A stretch of DNA of 64,000 nucleotides, taken from the NCBI RefSeq assembly GCF_018350175.1, contig NC_058368.1, positions 60,080,001-60,144,000 of the forward strand. The letters are read 5' to 3'. Positions within the stretch are counted from its first letter, which is position 1, and the number at the start of each line of letters is the position of its first letter. Below are positions 49,138 through 61,790 of the stretch, one piece after another. The stretch is from Felis catus (lineage: Eukaryota). The notes under the pieces are model-generated. The model was not told where the DNA came from, ran no database searches, and saw only the letters and a list, made by a program, of their open reading frames with translations. The translations under genes and the position numbers were made by a program.

Positions 49138-50036
49138 AGGATTATCATGTTGTTTGGTGGAGAAGAATCAAAAAGAATGAAACTGCAGACAGAGGTACTA
49201 TGGAAGCACCGACTTTCTTTCTTCTAGTTTAGGAACTCCTATAAATAAGATAAATGCCAAAATGTCTGGATTCTTGTCAGCTGTATTTAACTAAAACGTT
49301 TGAAATCTATAATAAACTGATGGTATGATAGAAAAATATAAAGTAACAAAACTGGTTGAAATTTGAAGCTTAAATTAGTACAATATATAAATTCAAACAG
49401 TGGGTACATATCTCAGTGAGAAAGACATCAATCATAAGTAATGTTAAAGAGTTTTCTCCAAACAGTAAGAAATTAAAAATTCCTTTGCTATATTCACCAA
49501 CTTGGTCAAAAGAAGAGAAATTTAGCTCATAAAATAAAATAACAATAACATCAGACAACAGAAGTATTGCACAATATGCACATCCCAACTGTAAATATAA
49601 CTGCACATGCAAAATTCTTAAAGAAAAATTTAACAGATCAAATACAACTGGACATTGAGAGAAAAACAAAGTCATGATTAATTTAGTGTTTTCAGGAATA
49701 CAAATGAATAACCATAAGTTATTCTGTTACATTTTATGTTTTAACAACATTTTACAAAAGACATCTATACATTTTACAACATCATCTATATATTTAACCC
49801 CCAATAAGTTTCAGGTATTTATCATTATTTATGATAAATAATAAAATAGATACATCTGTAAATATAAAGTTAGTTATTTTTGGTAGAGGGTTTGGGAAGA
49901 AAATGGGAGGGAAGGTATGTTGTCCCAACTAAACAATGTACGTCAAATCTTTGGGGGTGTTTTAAAAATTTGGGAGTATGTTGGTTTTCAACCTCAGGAG
50001 TTTTCCAGGTGAAATCTAAAACTGTACGCCTCTATA

Positions 50037-50393
50037 TGGAGGCAAGGGGAGACCAAAGAAAAAGCCACACCACTCCAGATTGGCAGGTGGCAGTTTTAAT
50101 AAGCAAAGGAAGTTACATAAAGGACTCATCTTGGTTGGCTGTAAGACAAGTACATATCCACACCTGCCTGCCAGAATCTTAAAATTTTTTACAGAGGCCT
50201 TAACTAGGTTCAGCCACATATTTGGTTCAGAGGTTCTCAAAAATCCCCTACTCTTTCAAGGCTATGTCCTTGAAAATGGCTCCAGCTATGGAAATGGTTA
50301 CCTGAATGTGCATTCCAGGGACAGAGGAGGGGGTGAGGAGACTCTGATTTCCCAGGCCCAGCTCAGAGATCCATTGACCATCATGTCCCCTCA
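50037..50393 (-). mobile_element. Probable ERV solo LTR
   Basis: Patch with higher GC than the flanks, ending CCCCTCA; TTTAAT (ATTAAA on minus) near 50096. No clean TSD found. Confidence 0.55.
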
Positions 50394-52519
50394 ATGATCT
50401 CCTCCACCAGTGACAGAAGCTTTAATATCCTGGCCCACAGCTTTCTTTCCATTCCATTGCACCATGTAATAATCCTGCAGGTATACATACAAAGAGGTCC
50501 CAAAATTTGACCAATCAACCATAGTCCCGATACATTTAACTTTATTTTACATGCTGACCGAGAAAAAAACTTAAGGACTTCTACTATGTTTGCTTAGAAA
50601 TAGACTTTTGAAATTTTTAATACATTTTAGGAACTGAGTATATGTTTGCTTAATGATCCACAACATTCCCTATAAAATGTTATTTACTTACACTGTTGTA
50701 ATAATATCAATAACTACAAAATCGATTATAGATTAAGGATAATATTGTTTTATTTAATATAACAAGATTATGCTGTACACAATTTCCAATACTTTAAAAG
50801 TGAGGTGATTTTTTCACTTTTTAAAGAGAAAAGACAGCACCTTTAGTATTACTAAGTACATTTCCTCCGATAATTTCATTTTCTAAAGACAATTAGATGG
50901 ATTTTTGAATGTGTTATTCTTATTACACAAACTCTAATCTATGGGCTCAAAATATTTTAAAGTCATATAATTTCGCTGTAAATGCTTTCTTTTATGTATT
51001 TGGAGTTATGAGTTATTTCTTGACAACTATTTTTTTTAAGAGAACATACTATATAGGGTTTAGATCAATTAATTTTGTTGTCCTTAATGTCCTTAATATA
51101 CCTTAATGAAAAGTATATTATGCATACATAATCATATAGCTAAGAATACAGAGATGTCTGTCAAATTATCACTGCTATTGAAAAGCTAATAAGGGGAAAA
51201 TTAAGATAAAAGAAAAAATGGCACAAGGGATCAGTCTATGCCACAAGATATAAAAATTATAAGTTACTTATAAAATATATTTATATAAATAAAATAGAGA
51301 AAAAATAAGTATGTGGGTATTGAAATGGGTACATATTTATAATCATGTAACAACATACGCAATAATAAATGTAAAAATGTCCCTCTGTCCCTTTTATGTA
51401 ATGTGTATGATTGGGTGTGATAAAGTTTAGCCAGTAATAACAGATGCCCCTGATTTGTTATGATTCTCTCTCTCAGTCTGGTCTCAGCTGCATTATTCCA
51501 TAGTATATTTGTATACTGTAATAATATAATATTGAAAAAATACAATATTGAAAGATCCATTTTATTGGAAAGCTTTAAAGACAACAGTAGTGGATAAAGT
51601 ACCAAACCATACAAAAATATAAACCTTGGTTTAATAAAATAAATATTTTATAATGATTTTGTTCATTTGTTTTAATATAGTCAAGTTCATACTACATTTC
51701 TTTTCTTTGAACCCCACTGGCCAAGCTTAGCCAGCTTATTTTTACTCTCATATATCTATTTTTTCATTCCTGCCATTAAAAAAGATTTGAGCACAAAAGT
51801 GATTAACACAAAGCTGAATTTTATAACAATCAAAAGAATGTTTAGAATTTGTAAAGTACAAAGAAAACGAGAAGAAAAGAAATATATTTTATTTAAACCA
51901 TGTTGTACTGACTTGATTCAGAATTATGGACATAATCTCCTTTTTAAAATGATAACTGAACTTCTAGATAAATTGGCTAAGAGTACCTGCTAACAGAAGG
52001 ATACTTATCTATGGAATGCCCTAAAAAGAATGTCCCTGATTAAGAACTGGATATAGTTAAAAAGTCAAGAATCTATGAGTTAATGAGGCATGGCTCCCTA
52101 GAAAATGACCCATGAACAGTAACATACAATAGAGGTGCTGTATAGACTGTTCTTTTACTGTGGGTATAAAACATGGCCCTCACGCAGAGGTCTTGCCTGT
52201 TATTCTAATCCAGATAGTCTAGGTTTGACATGGAGAGAAATGATCTGGGGAGCCACTCTTAGTATGCTGGACTGCCCAGGCTTTCTCTGACACTGTTGAT
52301 TGTCTATATACTTATACTTATTAGTAAGGTTCAACTTTTTGTAAGAGCTCAGATTTGTGTGTTTGACTTAACAAGTCAATCCTTTGTGTTAGTTCAATCA
52401 TATATTAATTTAGCCTGTTTTCAAATTGTATTTAAATAGCATTGACAATAAATTTCATATTAAAATAAATACATAAATAAATAGCATTGAACAATACTTT
52501 TACATTTGTATATGACTTC

Positions 52520-53050
52520 TTGCCTTGATATTACCTTTATGACATTTCTCCATAGTGGTCTATTTTTCTCTGCTTGAACCAATACCATTACCCTACAATT
52601 TACTCCCACTTTATATATATTTGTGCATATATACATTCTGAGAGAGACAGAATGAGAGAGAAAATCTTTCAGCTTCATTCTTTAAAATTGCCTTTGCTAT
52701 TTTTTGTCTTTTATACTTCCATATAAATACTAGAAATTTCTCATTAATATCCCTAACAAACATGCTGGGATTTTTACTGTGATTACAATGAAGTGATGAC
52801 ACTTTTACAATACTGTCTTATAAGTCATGAGTATGGTACACCCTTCCACTTATTTAAGACTTCTCTAATGTCTTTCATATATGTTGAAAATTTATTCCTT
52901 GCTATTTGATGCTATTTAAATGGTAGTATTTATTTTATTTTCTGGTTTTTGTTGTTGTTGCAATAGAAATAGAACAGTTTGTGTTATATTGATCTGGAAT
53001 GCTGCAAACTTGCTAACTTCAGTAAACAATTTGATTTTCTATTGATTTTA
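52520..53050 (-). mobile_element. Old L1M ORF2 fragment
   Basis: TTCCATATAAATACTAGAA...TGCTGGGATTTTTACTGTGATTACAATGAA...CATGAGTATGGTA...TTATTTAAGACTTC. Confidence 0.7.
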
Positions 53051-53262
53051 TGAGAGGTTAGAAGTAGAAATAGATATTGCCAAGTTACCTTACTTGACCA
53101 AAAATTAATCCTAAAATTAAATGCATTCACATTTAAAAATAAAGAAATAAAATTTGTAAGGAAAAATCTTGTGTTTTACGTTCTGTTTATAAAGTAGGGA
53201 AAATAATTATTTTTAATCAATTGGATGGTTTTGAGTGTTAAATTAAGATATATACAGCTCTT

Positions 53263-53483
53263 GGGGCGCCTGGGTGGTGGCTCAGTTGGTTGAGCGACCG
53301 GACTTCCACTCAAGTCATGATCTCACAGGTGAGGAGTTCAAGCCGCCTGTGGGGCTGTGTGCTGACGGCTCAGAGCCAGGAGCCTGCTTGGGATTCTGTG
53401 TCTCCCTCTCTCTCTGCTCCTCCCTGCTCATGGTCTGTCTCTCTCTGTCTCAAAAATAAATATAAACATTAAAATTTTTAAAA
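53263..53483 (+). mobile_element. Can-SINE (feline)
   Basis: Perfect 18-bp TSD AAGATATATACAGCTCTT (53245-53262, 53484-53501). Confidence 0.96.
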
Positions 53484-53939
53484 AAGATATATACAGCTCT
53501 TAGAACATACAAAGAACTACAGTTTTGCTGACACGTTTTTAGCAATAGTTGATTATGTAGACATGATTATGAAGTGAGTGATATTTGGAGGAAAATAAAA
53601 ACTTAGAAGGAACTAAAGTAAAATATTAAAGAGCTATCATTGAGAGTATGGCTGTTTTATTTTATTAGTACACTTTCTCCCTTTTCCTTTTTTTTTTTTT
53701 AAATAAGTGCCTGTACCACTTACCATTTGTTACAAAGGGTTGCTTTTTTATTTTGCAAAATGTATATGATAAAATGGAAACTATTAGAAGCATTTTACTA
53801 CTTTAGCTAACACAAAATAGAACCACCAGCACCAGAGATAACATTTTTTTAGCATCATTGACTTTATTTTTGTCTTATCTATAAAACCCTTTGCCAAAAA
53901 TATACAGTTACACCTGCCTGTCAGCCCTGCGGTTCCATC

Positions 53940-54150
53940 AGTTAATTGACGTCAGCCAATACTGATGTTTTATAGTTGGTCATTTATCGGCTTTATTATT
54001 CCAAGTCATAGGGATTCTTGGAACAAGAGAGTACACTAAACTGCAGTATTTTCAAAGTTTTTCTTAAACTAGATGTGAGAGAAATGACCACTACTGGACA
54101 AATGGGTAGCATTGGTTAGTGACGCAAACTTGGAACATTTCACTCGTCAC
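53940..54150. promoter_or_regulatory. Candidate CRE/CCAAT regulatory cluster
   Basis: TGACGTCA 53947-53954, CCAAT 53956-53960, TATAAAA on minus 53968-53974, ATTGG 54111-54115, TGACGCAA 54120-54127, CGTCA 54145-54149. Confidence 0.35.
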
Positions 54151-54209
54151 TGCTGGGAGGAAATCCTTTCATCATGCGGAAGATGATGGGGTCTGGTGTT
54201 TCTGAGCTT

Positions 54210-54410
54210 CCACTCTAGAATATAGGAGACAGAATGGATTCGATGCTAGCTTTGCACTTTCTACCTATGCAAGGAACAGTCCTTGCATAAGGATTTTTTC
54301 ATTTTTGTAAAACAGAATAGCAATTACCACATAGATGGTTTAAAAGTTTCAAAGAAGTAAAGAATGTGGCACATGGGTACTTGATAAATGCTCAGTAAAT
54401 GTAATTAACC
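54210..54410 (+). mobile_element. MIR, degraded
   Basis: GGATTCGATGCTAGCTTTGCACTT...TTTCATTTTTGTAAAACAG...AAATGCTCAGTAAATGT. Confidence 0.55.
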
Positions 54411-55772
54411 AATGTCATTAAGTTTCAAGTAAGAAGACAAATAGATTTGTTTCTAGTCTAGCATTTGGATGAAGGTTTAACCTAAGGTTGCTATGACTTC
54501 ACTAATTGATAAATACCCTAAAATATAAAAGCATGTTAATTAGCTAATTTATAGTCCTTTGTTATTTTCTGGCTCAATATCATAGAAAATATAACAGATA
54601 TTGATGTTCTACATTATCTTTGGACACCACAGGAAAGCCATGATAAGTAATACATTTGATTTTCTTTTTGGACTAAATGCAGACAAGTCTGTGATTGACA
54701 ACATATTTTGTCAGTATAATTTTGATTTTGGAGAATATTTTCATTTGTTGATAATTCAAGATAATTTCAAATTAATTATTTATAACAATTTTCAGTGTAC
54801 TTAACAACTGTTGAGAAAAATAATATCTTATCATGTTTCAATAAAATGTGAGGATACAATGATTTTTTAAAAGCAGATCTTAGAAAAACCTCAGTTGTGG
54901 TGGCAAACATTTGTAGCCTTTAGTGACCCAATTTATGCCACTGAGATTAAGGCATCCAGAGGAAAATATATTGATATTCCACTTATGTTACATTTTTTAG
55001 TTATCACTTTATTTTTCCAACTTAATAATGCCATAATTTTCAATATATTAGTTTTTTTATGAAATCAACATCATTCAGTTAATCTCTGTATCACAGCATA
55101 CAGATGAATTTTTTTCTATCTTTTTATATTTGCCAAAAATTTCATTTTCTTAGGAAGATTCAAATTGCTCAGTAAGGAACTAGTATATTTGAAATATGCA
55201 AATATCTTTCTGAACAAATATTTTGGGTCTTTGACCAATTAAAACTTCAGTAAGGCGAGTAGTAAGTGATATCTTTAAGAGAACCACCTTTTTTTTGTGT
55301 GTTAGCCTTCTTTTTTCTTTGCTAGTGAATGAATTGCAAAGTTCATTTAAATATTTTGTTTCATATGAAATGAATGTCCAATTAATATAATCATCTAAAA
55401 ATAAAAAAATGGGGGGACAGTGATTAAAAATTCATTCAACTCTAGTGCAATTTCCAAGGGTTACTTCCAATAGAATTTGAACATTAAATCATGGATTTGC
55501 TTTCAAAAAGTTTATTATGGAAGTATTTCATACACATTAAAATGCATGCCTGAGGCATGATTAGATAATACTACTCATTTTTATGGTCATAGGTGTGCAT
55601 CTACACTGTAGGGAAAAAAATCAATGAAAATATTTCAGGAAGACAGCCTACAACATAGGCTTTGCATGTTATTTAAAATGAAGCTGTCCCTCTCATAAAA
55701 CAGTTTTACTGTAGTAAGGAGGAATCCATTATATTGTCATCCTGGTACCCTCCTCCCAAGATGATTATAACT

Positions 55773-55776
<4 letters not shown>

Positions 55777-55813
<37 letters not shown>
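55777..55813. repeat. (CA)n microsatellite
   Basis: Direct reading. Confidence 0.95.
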
Positions 55814-55815
<2 letters not shown>

Positions 55816-56377
55816 ATGAGAAAGAAATTGCCCCACCCCCATGTCCCACCTTGCAAACTATACCTCCTCCAGTTTGGATTGCATCTCCCATGACTAGACT
55901 GAAACACCTTTCTCATCCCTTTGCCTATATGCAGAGCTGAAAGTAGAGAAGCAATCTTTAGAGTTATGCTGATAGGGATAATCTTCTTCATGATGTGCTG
56001 ATCTCAAAAGTATCCCTGGTGTCCCTGGGGTTGCATTTGGAAAGATGTAAATCGGTTTCCTAACACTACATTTTGCAATGTGTAAATTAATAACTTGACA
56101 TTTCACAGCTGTTTTAAAGGCTGTGCTTTAAAGAATGAAATATCAATCACAAATATACATCTACCCAGAAATGTCAAATCCCACCCAAATGAATCCCACG
56201 GCAAATTAGCAGCAGGTCACATTGTTCTGCTGTCTTTCACCTGTGATGCATTTCCTTCCTTTCCAGGTTAAGAACTCCCCTGGAGAGGCTTAAGCCTATT
56301 TCCTACCTCATATAAAAGATGGGTGGTGAGCTGCTTTAATAACAGAACATAGTATCCAAATGCTAAACCTATTTATA

Positions 56378-56645
56378 AGAGGCAATGTTATACAGTAAAA
56401 AGAGAAATTAAAATAGGAGTCAAAATACCTGGATTAAACTCCCAAGCCTGTGTTCAAGAGTTATTCAAACCAAGGTCTCTCACGGCCTCAGTTTATACAT
56501 CTTTAAAATTGGTCTTAACTATTTCAGAGGATTATCTAAAATTGCCTTGCTTATCTCACAGAAGCTTACACAGTTAGAATGAGCTAATAAATATTCCACT
56601 TTAATTTAAAATATAAGCTTGGATAATTACAAGGCATTATTAATA
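56378..56645 (+). mobile_element. MIR
   Basis: GAGGCAATGT...GGAGTCAAAATACCTGGATTAAACTCC...GCCTCAGTTTATACATCTTTAAAATTGG...TCTCACAG. Confidence 0.7.
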
Positions 56646-56859
56646 CTCTAAAGAGTGTTTCCGCTCATTATATTCACTTCCATCATGATCTGTACCTTGC
56701 TGGTCAAGTCAAAAGGGGATGGCAATTTGTCCCACATAAGGAAGAATTTAGTAAAATAAACTGCCATTCAGTGATTGAGTCCATGTGAGTAAATACAGGC
56801 AAGAGCTGCTCAATTACATTTCATGTCCAAAGGACTTCAATCATCTTTTCATTAATTTT

Positions 56860-57135
56860 CAAAATATAGCTCAAACTGTGTCTCATATAACATTTCTGAT
56901 TCCCAACTAGTGATTAACCCTTGTTATTTTTTAGAATATTTCTGTACTTTTGCTATATGGATAGGGTGCATAGTGTATTATAATCAGCTATTGCATTAAA
57001 TTTGTTTCTTCCTAACTGGCTGCAAAATACATGAAGATGGAAGGAGTATTTTATTAACTTCTATGTACCCTTGACATTGAGCAGTGATCTGTACACATAG
57101 GGCTCAAAAGAAACATACTGAGTGATTGAATAAAA
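56860..57135 (+). mobile_element. L2 3' end
   Basis: Ends ...GCAGTGATCTGTACACATAGGGCTCAAAAGAAACATACTGAGTGATTGAATAAA, like the L2 terminus. Confidence 0.6.
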
Positions 57136-58956
57136 CATAGATTGATTATACATAATCCCAATTATCCATTTCTTGGGAGGATATCCTGATCTTCAATTTC
57201 AAGAAATTTAGGAATAATGACCCAAAGCTGTAGTTAATCCCAGTCAGCATTGGAATCAACCAATAATTTTTTTTTATTTTAAAGAGTTATCAATATAAGT
57301 GATATGCTTGAAATAAATATATTCCACCATTTATTAGTGTATTCACTTGAATGAATCGCACTTGAATGTTTAAGAACAAATATTTATTTGGAAAAAGCTA
57401 TGCATTGAAGCACTATTTCCTTAAGTAAAGTTTTGACCAAACCATCCGATACAGTAATTTATCATTTAAGATTTTAGTACTTGTGTTATAAGTGTAATTA
57501 ATTTACGAAACACATGTGAAAGGCTCAAGAAATAAAACGAGTGCATTAGTGTCCATATTTGTCAGTTGCTTTAAATTGGACCCAGATATGCCGGGTTTAC
57601 TATTACTGTTTCATAAGTTATTTTGATTTAATTCTGTTTTGTATTATATGAAACAAGTTACTAACAAATTAAAACAAAAATATTATCTTTCTTATGTGAT
57701 ATTCAAGAAAGCCATACCCTAAGGAAGTAATAACAAGCAATTTGTTTGTAAACTGGGGTAGCAAATCAATCATAGATCATTCAAAGAAACTATTAAGGTT
57801 TAAGATTCATGAGAAAATACACCTGCAGAAATTACAAAAGTGTCTTAAGGATACCTACTTTCACATTCACATAATTTATTAAAATAATATTATAAAATGA
57901 ATCTAAGATCTGTGGCATTCCTCTCTATCTTTATAAGTAAAGCCATAGAGGATGGCTTCATTTGTTAATGTCTCCACAGTGGAAATAGTGTTAGGTTTCT
58001 TATCCTGGAATGAAATTAGCTTTACATAATTATCTCCACTCTAATACAAAATAAAATCTTGTTTTAGATTCTTCACACTAATATAAAACCAATTTTCAGG
58101 ATACACCGATTAAATGTAAGATTTTTGAATACACAGTAGGACTTTGCTGATGTTCCTGTGAAGATTCAAATACAGAAAAAAGCTGAAACATCATAATTAA
58201 ATGCAAAACCAAGTTGAGTTTTGAATGACTATGAAGTCATCACTTGTAAAAAAAGGAGATTTCTTGCAAGGACATAATTTCTAGATATATTTGCTTAATT
58301 TTAAAATAAGCATGCACATCCCAACTCATATGCATGCATTTTTTTTTCTAAGCATAAAGCTGATAAATTGCCTTACATATTCTGAATGATACTATAACTC
58401 GATGAAGTATCTTGGGGCTAGGACTGGGGAATAGTTTATTCCACAATCACTATTACCTCCTGCATAACACCCTGCTTTCTCAGTAGCAGGATTTAATTTT
58501 TTCTGATCCTATCTACAAATTTTCAAAGGAAGAAAACAAAAAATAAATTCAAGGCATCTCTCCACAGTTTCTAGACCTGCTTTATCTTATCTTGAATTTT
58601 TTTTTTAATTTGATAATATCAGAAGAGGAAAGTTATGTCTGGCCTAATTCACTTTCATAGTTAGAAGATGCTAGTAAAAGTGGCAATTGTTAATATCTTT
58701 CTGAAAATTGTAAGTATATACCAAAAGTCTTACAATATCCATAAACATCTTCCCCAAAAAATTATATTTAGGAATTTATTGAAAAAATTAAATATAACTT
58801 CTATATCTAAATTTATGTATAGCATAGCATACTTAAATGAAAAAAAAGGAGAATAGGTTAAATATGTTAAGATACAATTAGAATATAGTTATGGCACTTA
58901 CAAAGTTGAAGTTCTTACTAATAATGCACTATAAAGTTAAAAATATGAGAAAAATA

Positions 58957-59088
58957 GGTGATTAAGGAGAACACTTGTGTTGAGCACTAGGTATTGTATG
59001 TCAGTGACGAATCACTAAATTCTACACTTGAAACTAATATTATGCTGTATGTTAACTAACTGGAATTTAAATAAAAACTTGAAAAAAA
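58957..59088 (+). mobile_element. Carnivore L1 3'-end fragment
   Basis: GATTAAGGAG...TGAGCACTAGGTATTGTATG...GAATCACTAAATTCTACAC...GTTAACTAACTGGAATTTAAATAAAAACTTGAAAAAAA. Confidence 0.88.
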
Positions 59089-59329
59089 GAATACTATGTA
59101 CTTATTAATAAAAATAGAACAAAAGAACTGTTATTAGATAAATTAGCAGATCTTCTTAACCAAATACTGGTAAAGGAATTATCTTTTTACTTATTGTATC
59201 TTGTTTATTTTAGAAAATAAAATGTTTTGAAAATAAAAATTTTGATTAGAAGCAAAATAAAAGAAAAAGCTCCTACAAATAAGAAAAATATTTCTATCAC
59301 TTGACAATGAAACTCCACTAATAGAAATA

Positions 59330-59830
59330 CATTCAGAGGAACAAAAAAAAAACAACAACAGATGTTCACTTAGATTTATGCAAAGTTATGTTTAAGGCAG
59401 CTTTATTCTTAAAAGTAAAAATTAAAAATAACTTGAATATCCAACATTAGGAACATTTAAAAAATGTATGTTAAAACTTGTAAAACATCACACTTAATAT
59501 AAATGTTTTAGAAGACTTTTACTGCAATGGAAAATGGAGAGATTGAAAACTACACTTTAAAATATTGTATAACATGTCAAGGTTAGATTTTTTAAATCAA
59601 TGTACCATAAGAAAAAAATCACTGTTGTAAGACTGAGATATCATTGGCTTTCATAGGCATATCCAGCTCCACAGATTTTTAAATGTGAAGAATTCACTTT
59701 TAGAGTAGAGGACAAACAAAATATATAGAGAGAAAGATAAAGACAGAGAAAATGTGCAAAACATCAGGTTGAAAAATATGGTCATTATTTTTTTTATTTT
59801 TATATATTCTCATGCTTTTTATATTTTGTC
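59330..59830 (+). mobile_element. Ancient L1ME-like 3' remnant
   Basis: ATGTTTAAGGCAGCTTTATT...AACTTGAATATCCAACATTAGGA pattern. Confidence 0.45.
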
Positions 59831-59959
59831 AAAAATAATAATAATATAATAATAACTTGTTCTATGCTGTCTCACTACTACTTCTAACACTTCCACTATT
59901 TTTGCCACTTTGTTTACTATTAATGTGAATTAGTATATTTAATATTGTCTTCTCTGCAT

Positions 59960-60385
59960 TAGATCATTTTCCTACTCATTTTATTCTTACAATAACCCTA
60001 TGGTTCTGATGCTGATTCCTCCTTTCAATAGATGATGAAATACTGATTTTTTTTCTTTTTGAAACTTTATTATTTTTTTTTAATTTTTTTTAACGTTTAT
60101 TTATTTTTGAGACAGAAAGAGACAGAGCATGAATGGGGAAGGGGCAGAGAGAGAGGGAGACACAGAATCTGAAACAGGCTCCAGGCTCTAAGCGGTCAGC
60201 ACAGAGCCCGATGCGGGGCTCGAACTCACAGACCGTGAGATCATGACCTGAGCCGAAGTCGGACGCTTAGCCGACTGAGCCACCCAGGCGCCCCTCTTTT
60301 TGAAACTTTAAGTAAACTGCCAATCTTGCCCAGTCAGTAAATAGAGAACCAAGATTAAAACCCAGATTTGTCTTATTCTAAAGAC
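59960..60385 (-). mobile_element. MIR interrupted by a SINE
   Basis: ATTCTTACAATAACCCTATG...ATAGATGATGAAATACTGA on the left; CAGTAAATAGAGAACCAAGATTAAAACCCAG on the right. Confidence 0.65.
60070..60294 (-). mobile_element. Can-SINE, young SINEC_Fc type
   Basis: Perfect 16-bp TSD TCTTTTTGAAACTTTA (60054-60069, 60295-60310); many CpGs intact. Confidence 0.97.
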
Positions 60386-60967
60386 TAGAATATGAAGAAA
60401 AGTATACAATCAATATGCACAGTATATTCAGAACAAAATATTATGATTGCTATTTTTTAAAAATATTTTGGATTGGTAAGCCTCTTTTTTCACTAATAAA
60501 ATAATTTTGATTTGATTTAACATGAATATCTAAAAAGTAATTATTTAAATTTTATTGTTCCAGTTTAGTCATATAGTGGAAAGTATACATGATTTTATTT
60601 ATTAAAAAAAGTTTAAAATGTTATTACTTATATGTTACCATTTAACCAAAGTAAGTAAATGAATATGTATTTTCATATAGGTTTTATTTTTGGTCTTTAA
60701 GCACATAGCTGACTTATCCAGTAGTGGTCCACATGTGTGATGCAAAAGCACCCAAACATTATAAGAAAAGAACATAGACAGTTGGTAAATATAGAAATTA
60801 TTCTGTACCCCTCACTTTGGGGAATTATTAATTTAGTGAGGGTAGGTAATGTTTACATTATTCTAATAGAATTTTAAAGATATGCAAAAGTAAATTTACT
60901 TATTTTCTTTTCCTCCATGTAAAGCCAATCTCAGATTGGTTTTACAAGGATTCCATATATATGTTTA

Positions 60968-61398
60968 CTTTTTAATGTTATTTATTTATTTTGAGAGAGA
61001 GAAATCACAGGGAAAGGGCAGAGAGGGAGAGAGAGTATCCCAAGCAGGCTCCTCACTAACAGTGCGATGTAAGGTTTGATCCCACAAACCCTGAGATCAT
61101 GACCTTAGCCAAAATCAAGAGTTAGATGTTTGGGAGGCCTGGGTTGCTCAGTCTGTTAGGCGTCTGACTTTGGCTCAGGTCATGATCTTGAGGCAAAAGA
61201 GTTCCAGCCCCGCATTGGACTCTGTGCTGACAGCTCAGAGCGTGGAGCCTGCTTCAGATTCTGTGCCTCCTTCTCTCTCTGCCCCTCCCCTTCTCACAGT
61301 CTGTCTCTCTCTCTCTCTCTCTCAAAAGTAAATACACATTAAAAAAAATTATATAAAAAAAAGTTCGATGTTTAACCGACTGAGCCACCCAGGCGCCC
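60968..61398 (-). mobile_element. Older Can-SINE, split into 60968-61131 and 61374-61398 by a nested SINE
   Basis: Body stops at AAAATCAAGAGTTAGATGTTT and resumes AACCGACTGAGCCACCCAGGCGCCC. Confidence 0.92.
61132..61361 (+). mobile_element. Can-SINE nested antisense inside another SINE
   Basis: TSD AGTT(A/C)GATGTTT at 61120-61131 and 61362-61373. Confidence 0.94.
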
Positions 61399-61619
61399 TT
61401 CCATGTGTACTGAAATTTCATTAATGATTCCCATAGATTGGGTAATTCAAAACGCTCAGAAACCCTTTTACGTTGGTATAGCAGGTATTATCTTCCAAGT
61501 GTAGTAGTTGAAACGTGTGAATAAGGAGATATTTAATATCTACATAACATACAGTTGAACATTAACATCTTTTTCCACTAATAAACCGCGTTGAGAGATA
61601 AAAGAAGAATCGTGAAATG

Positions 61620-61790
61620 AGGAGGTCCTTCCATCTCTACACTTACTAGTTCTGTGTTCTTGGGTGTGATGCCCAGTTTCTTCTCCTCTACAAGAGAAAT
61701 GGAAAGGAGTACCTTGTAATGGTTAAGCAAAACAATAACTAATGACGAAGACTGGCAGGTATTGGGCAGACAATAAATGCTAGTTATTAG
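61620..61790 (+). mobile_element. MIR fragment
   Basis: CACTTACTAGTTCTGTGTTCTTGGG...CCAGTTTCTTC...CAATAAATGCTAGTTATT. Confidence 0.55.

Noticed and set aside
48744..49148. Longest ORF in the window (134 aa, minus strand)
   Set aside because: Overlaps a MaLR LTR fragment and shows no recognisable protein features.
12280..53472. Recurrent ORFs like GAWVAQSVK..TSAQVMISQ and ERETEHE..RGRERGRHRI
   Set aside because: Translations of Can-SINE sequence in either orientation.
57547..57721. Possible hAT-Blackjack (MER81/MER94-like) MITE
   Set aside because: Terminal inverted repeats too degenerate to support from the sequence alone.
60786..60844. Inverted repeat CCCTCACT...AGTGAGGG as a miRNA-like hairpin
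   Set aside because: Stem is short, the interior does not pair, and it lies in probable L2 remnant.
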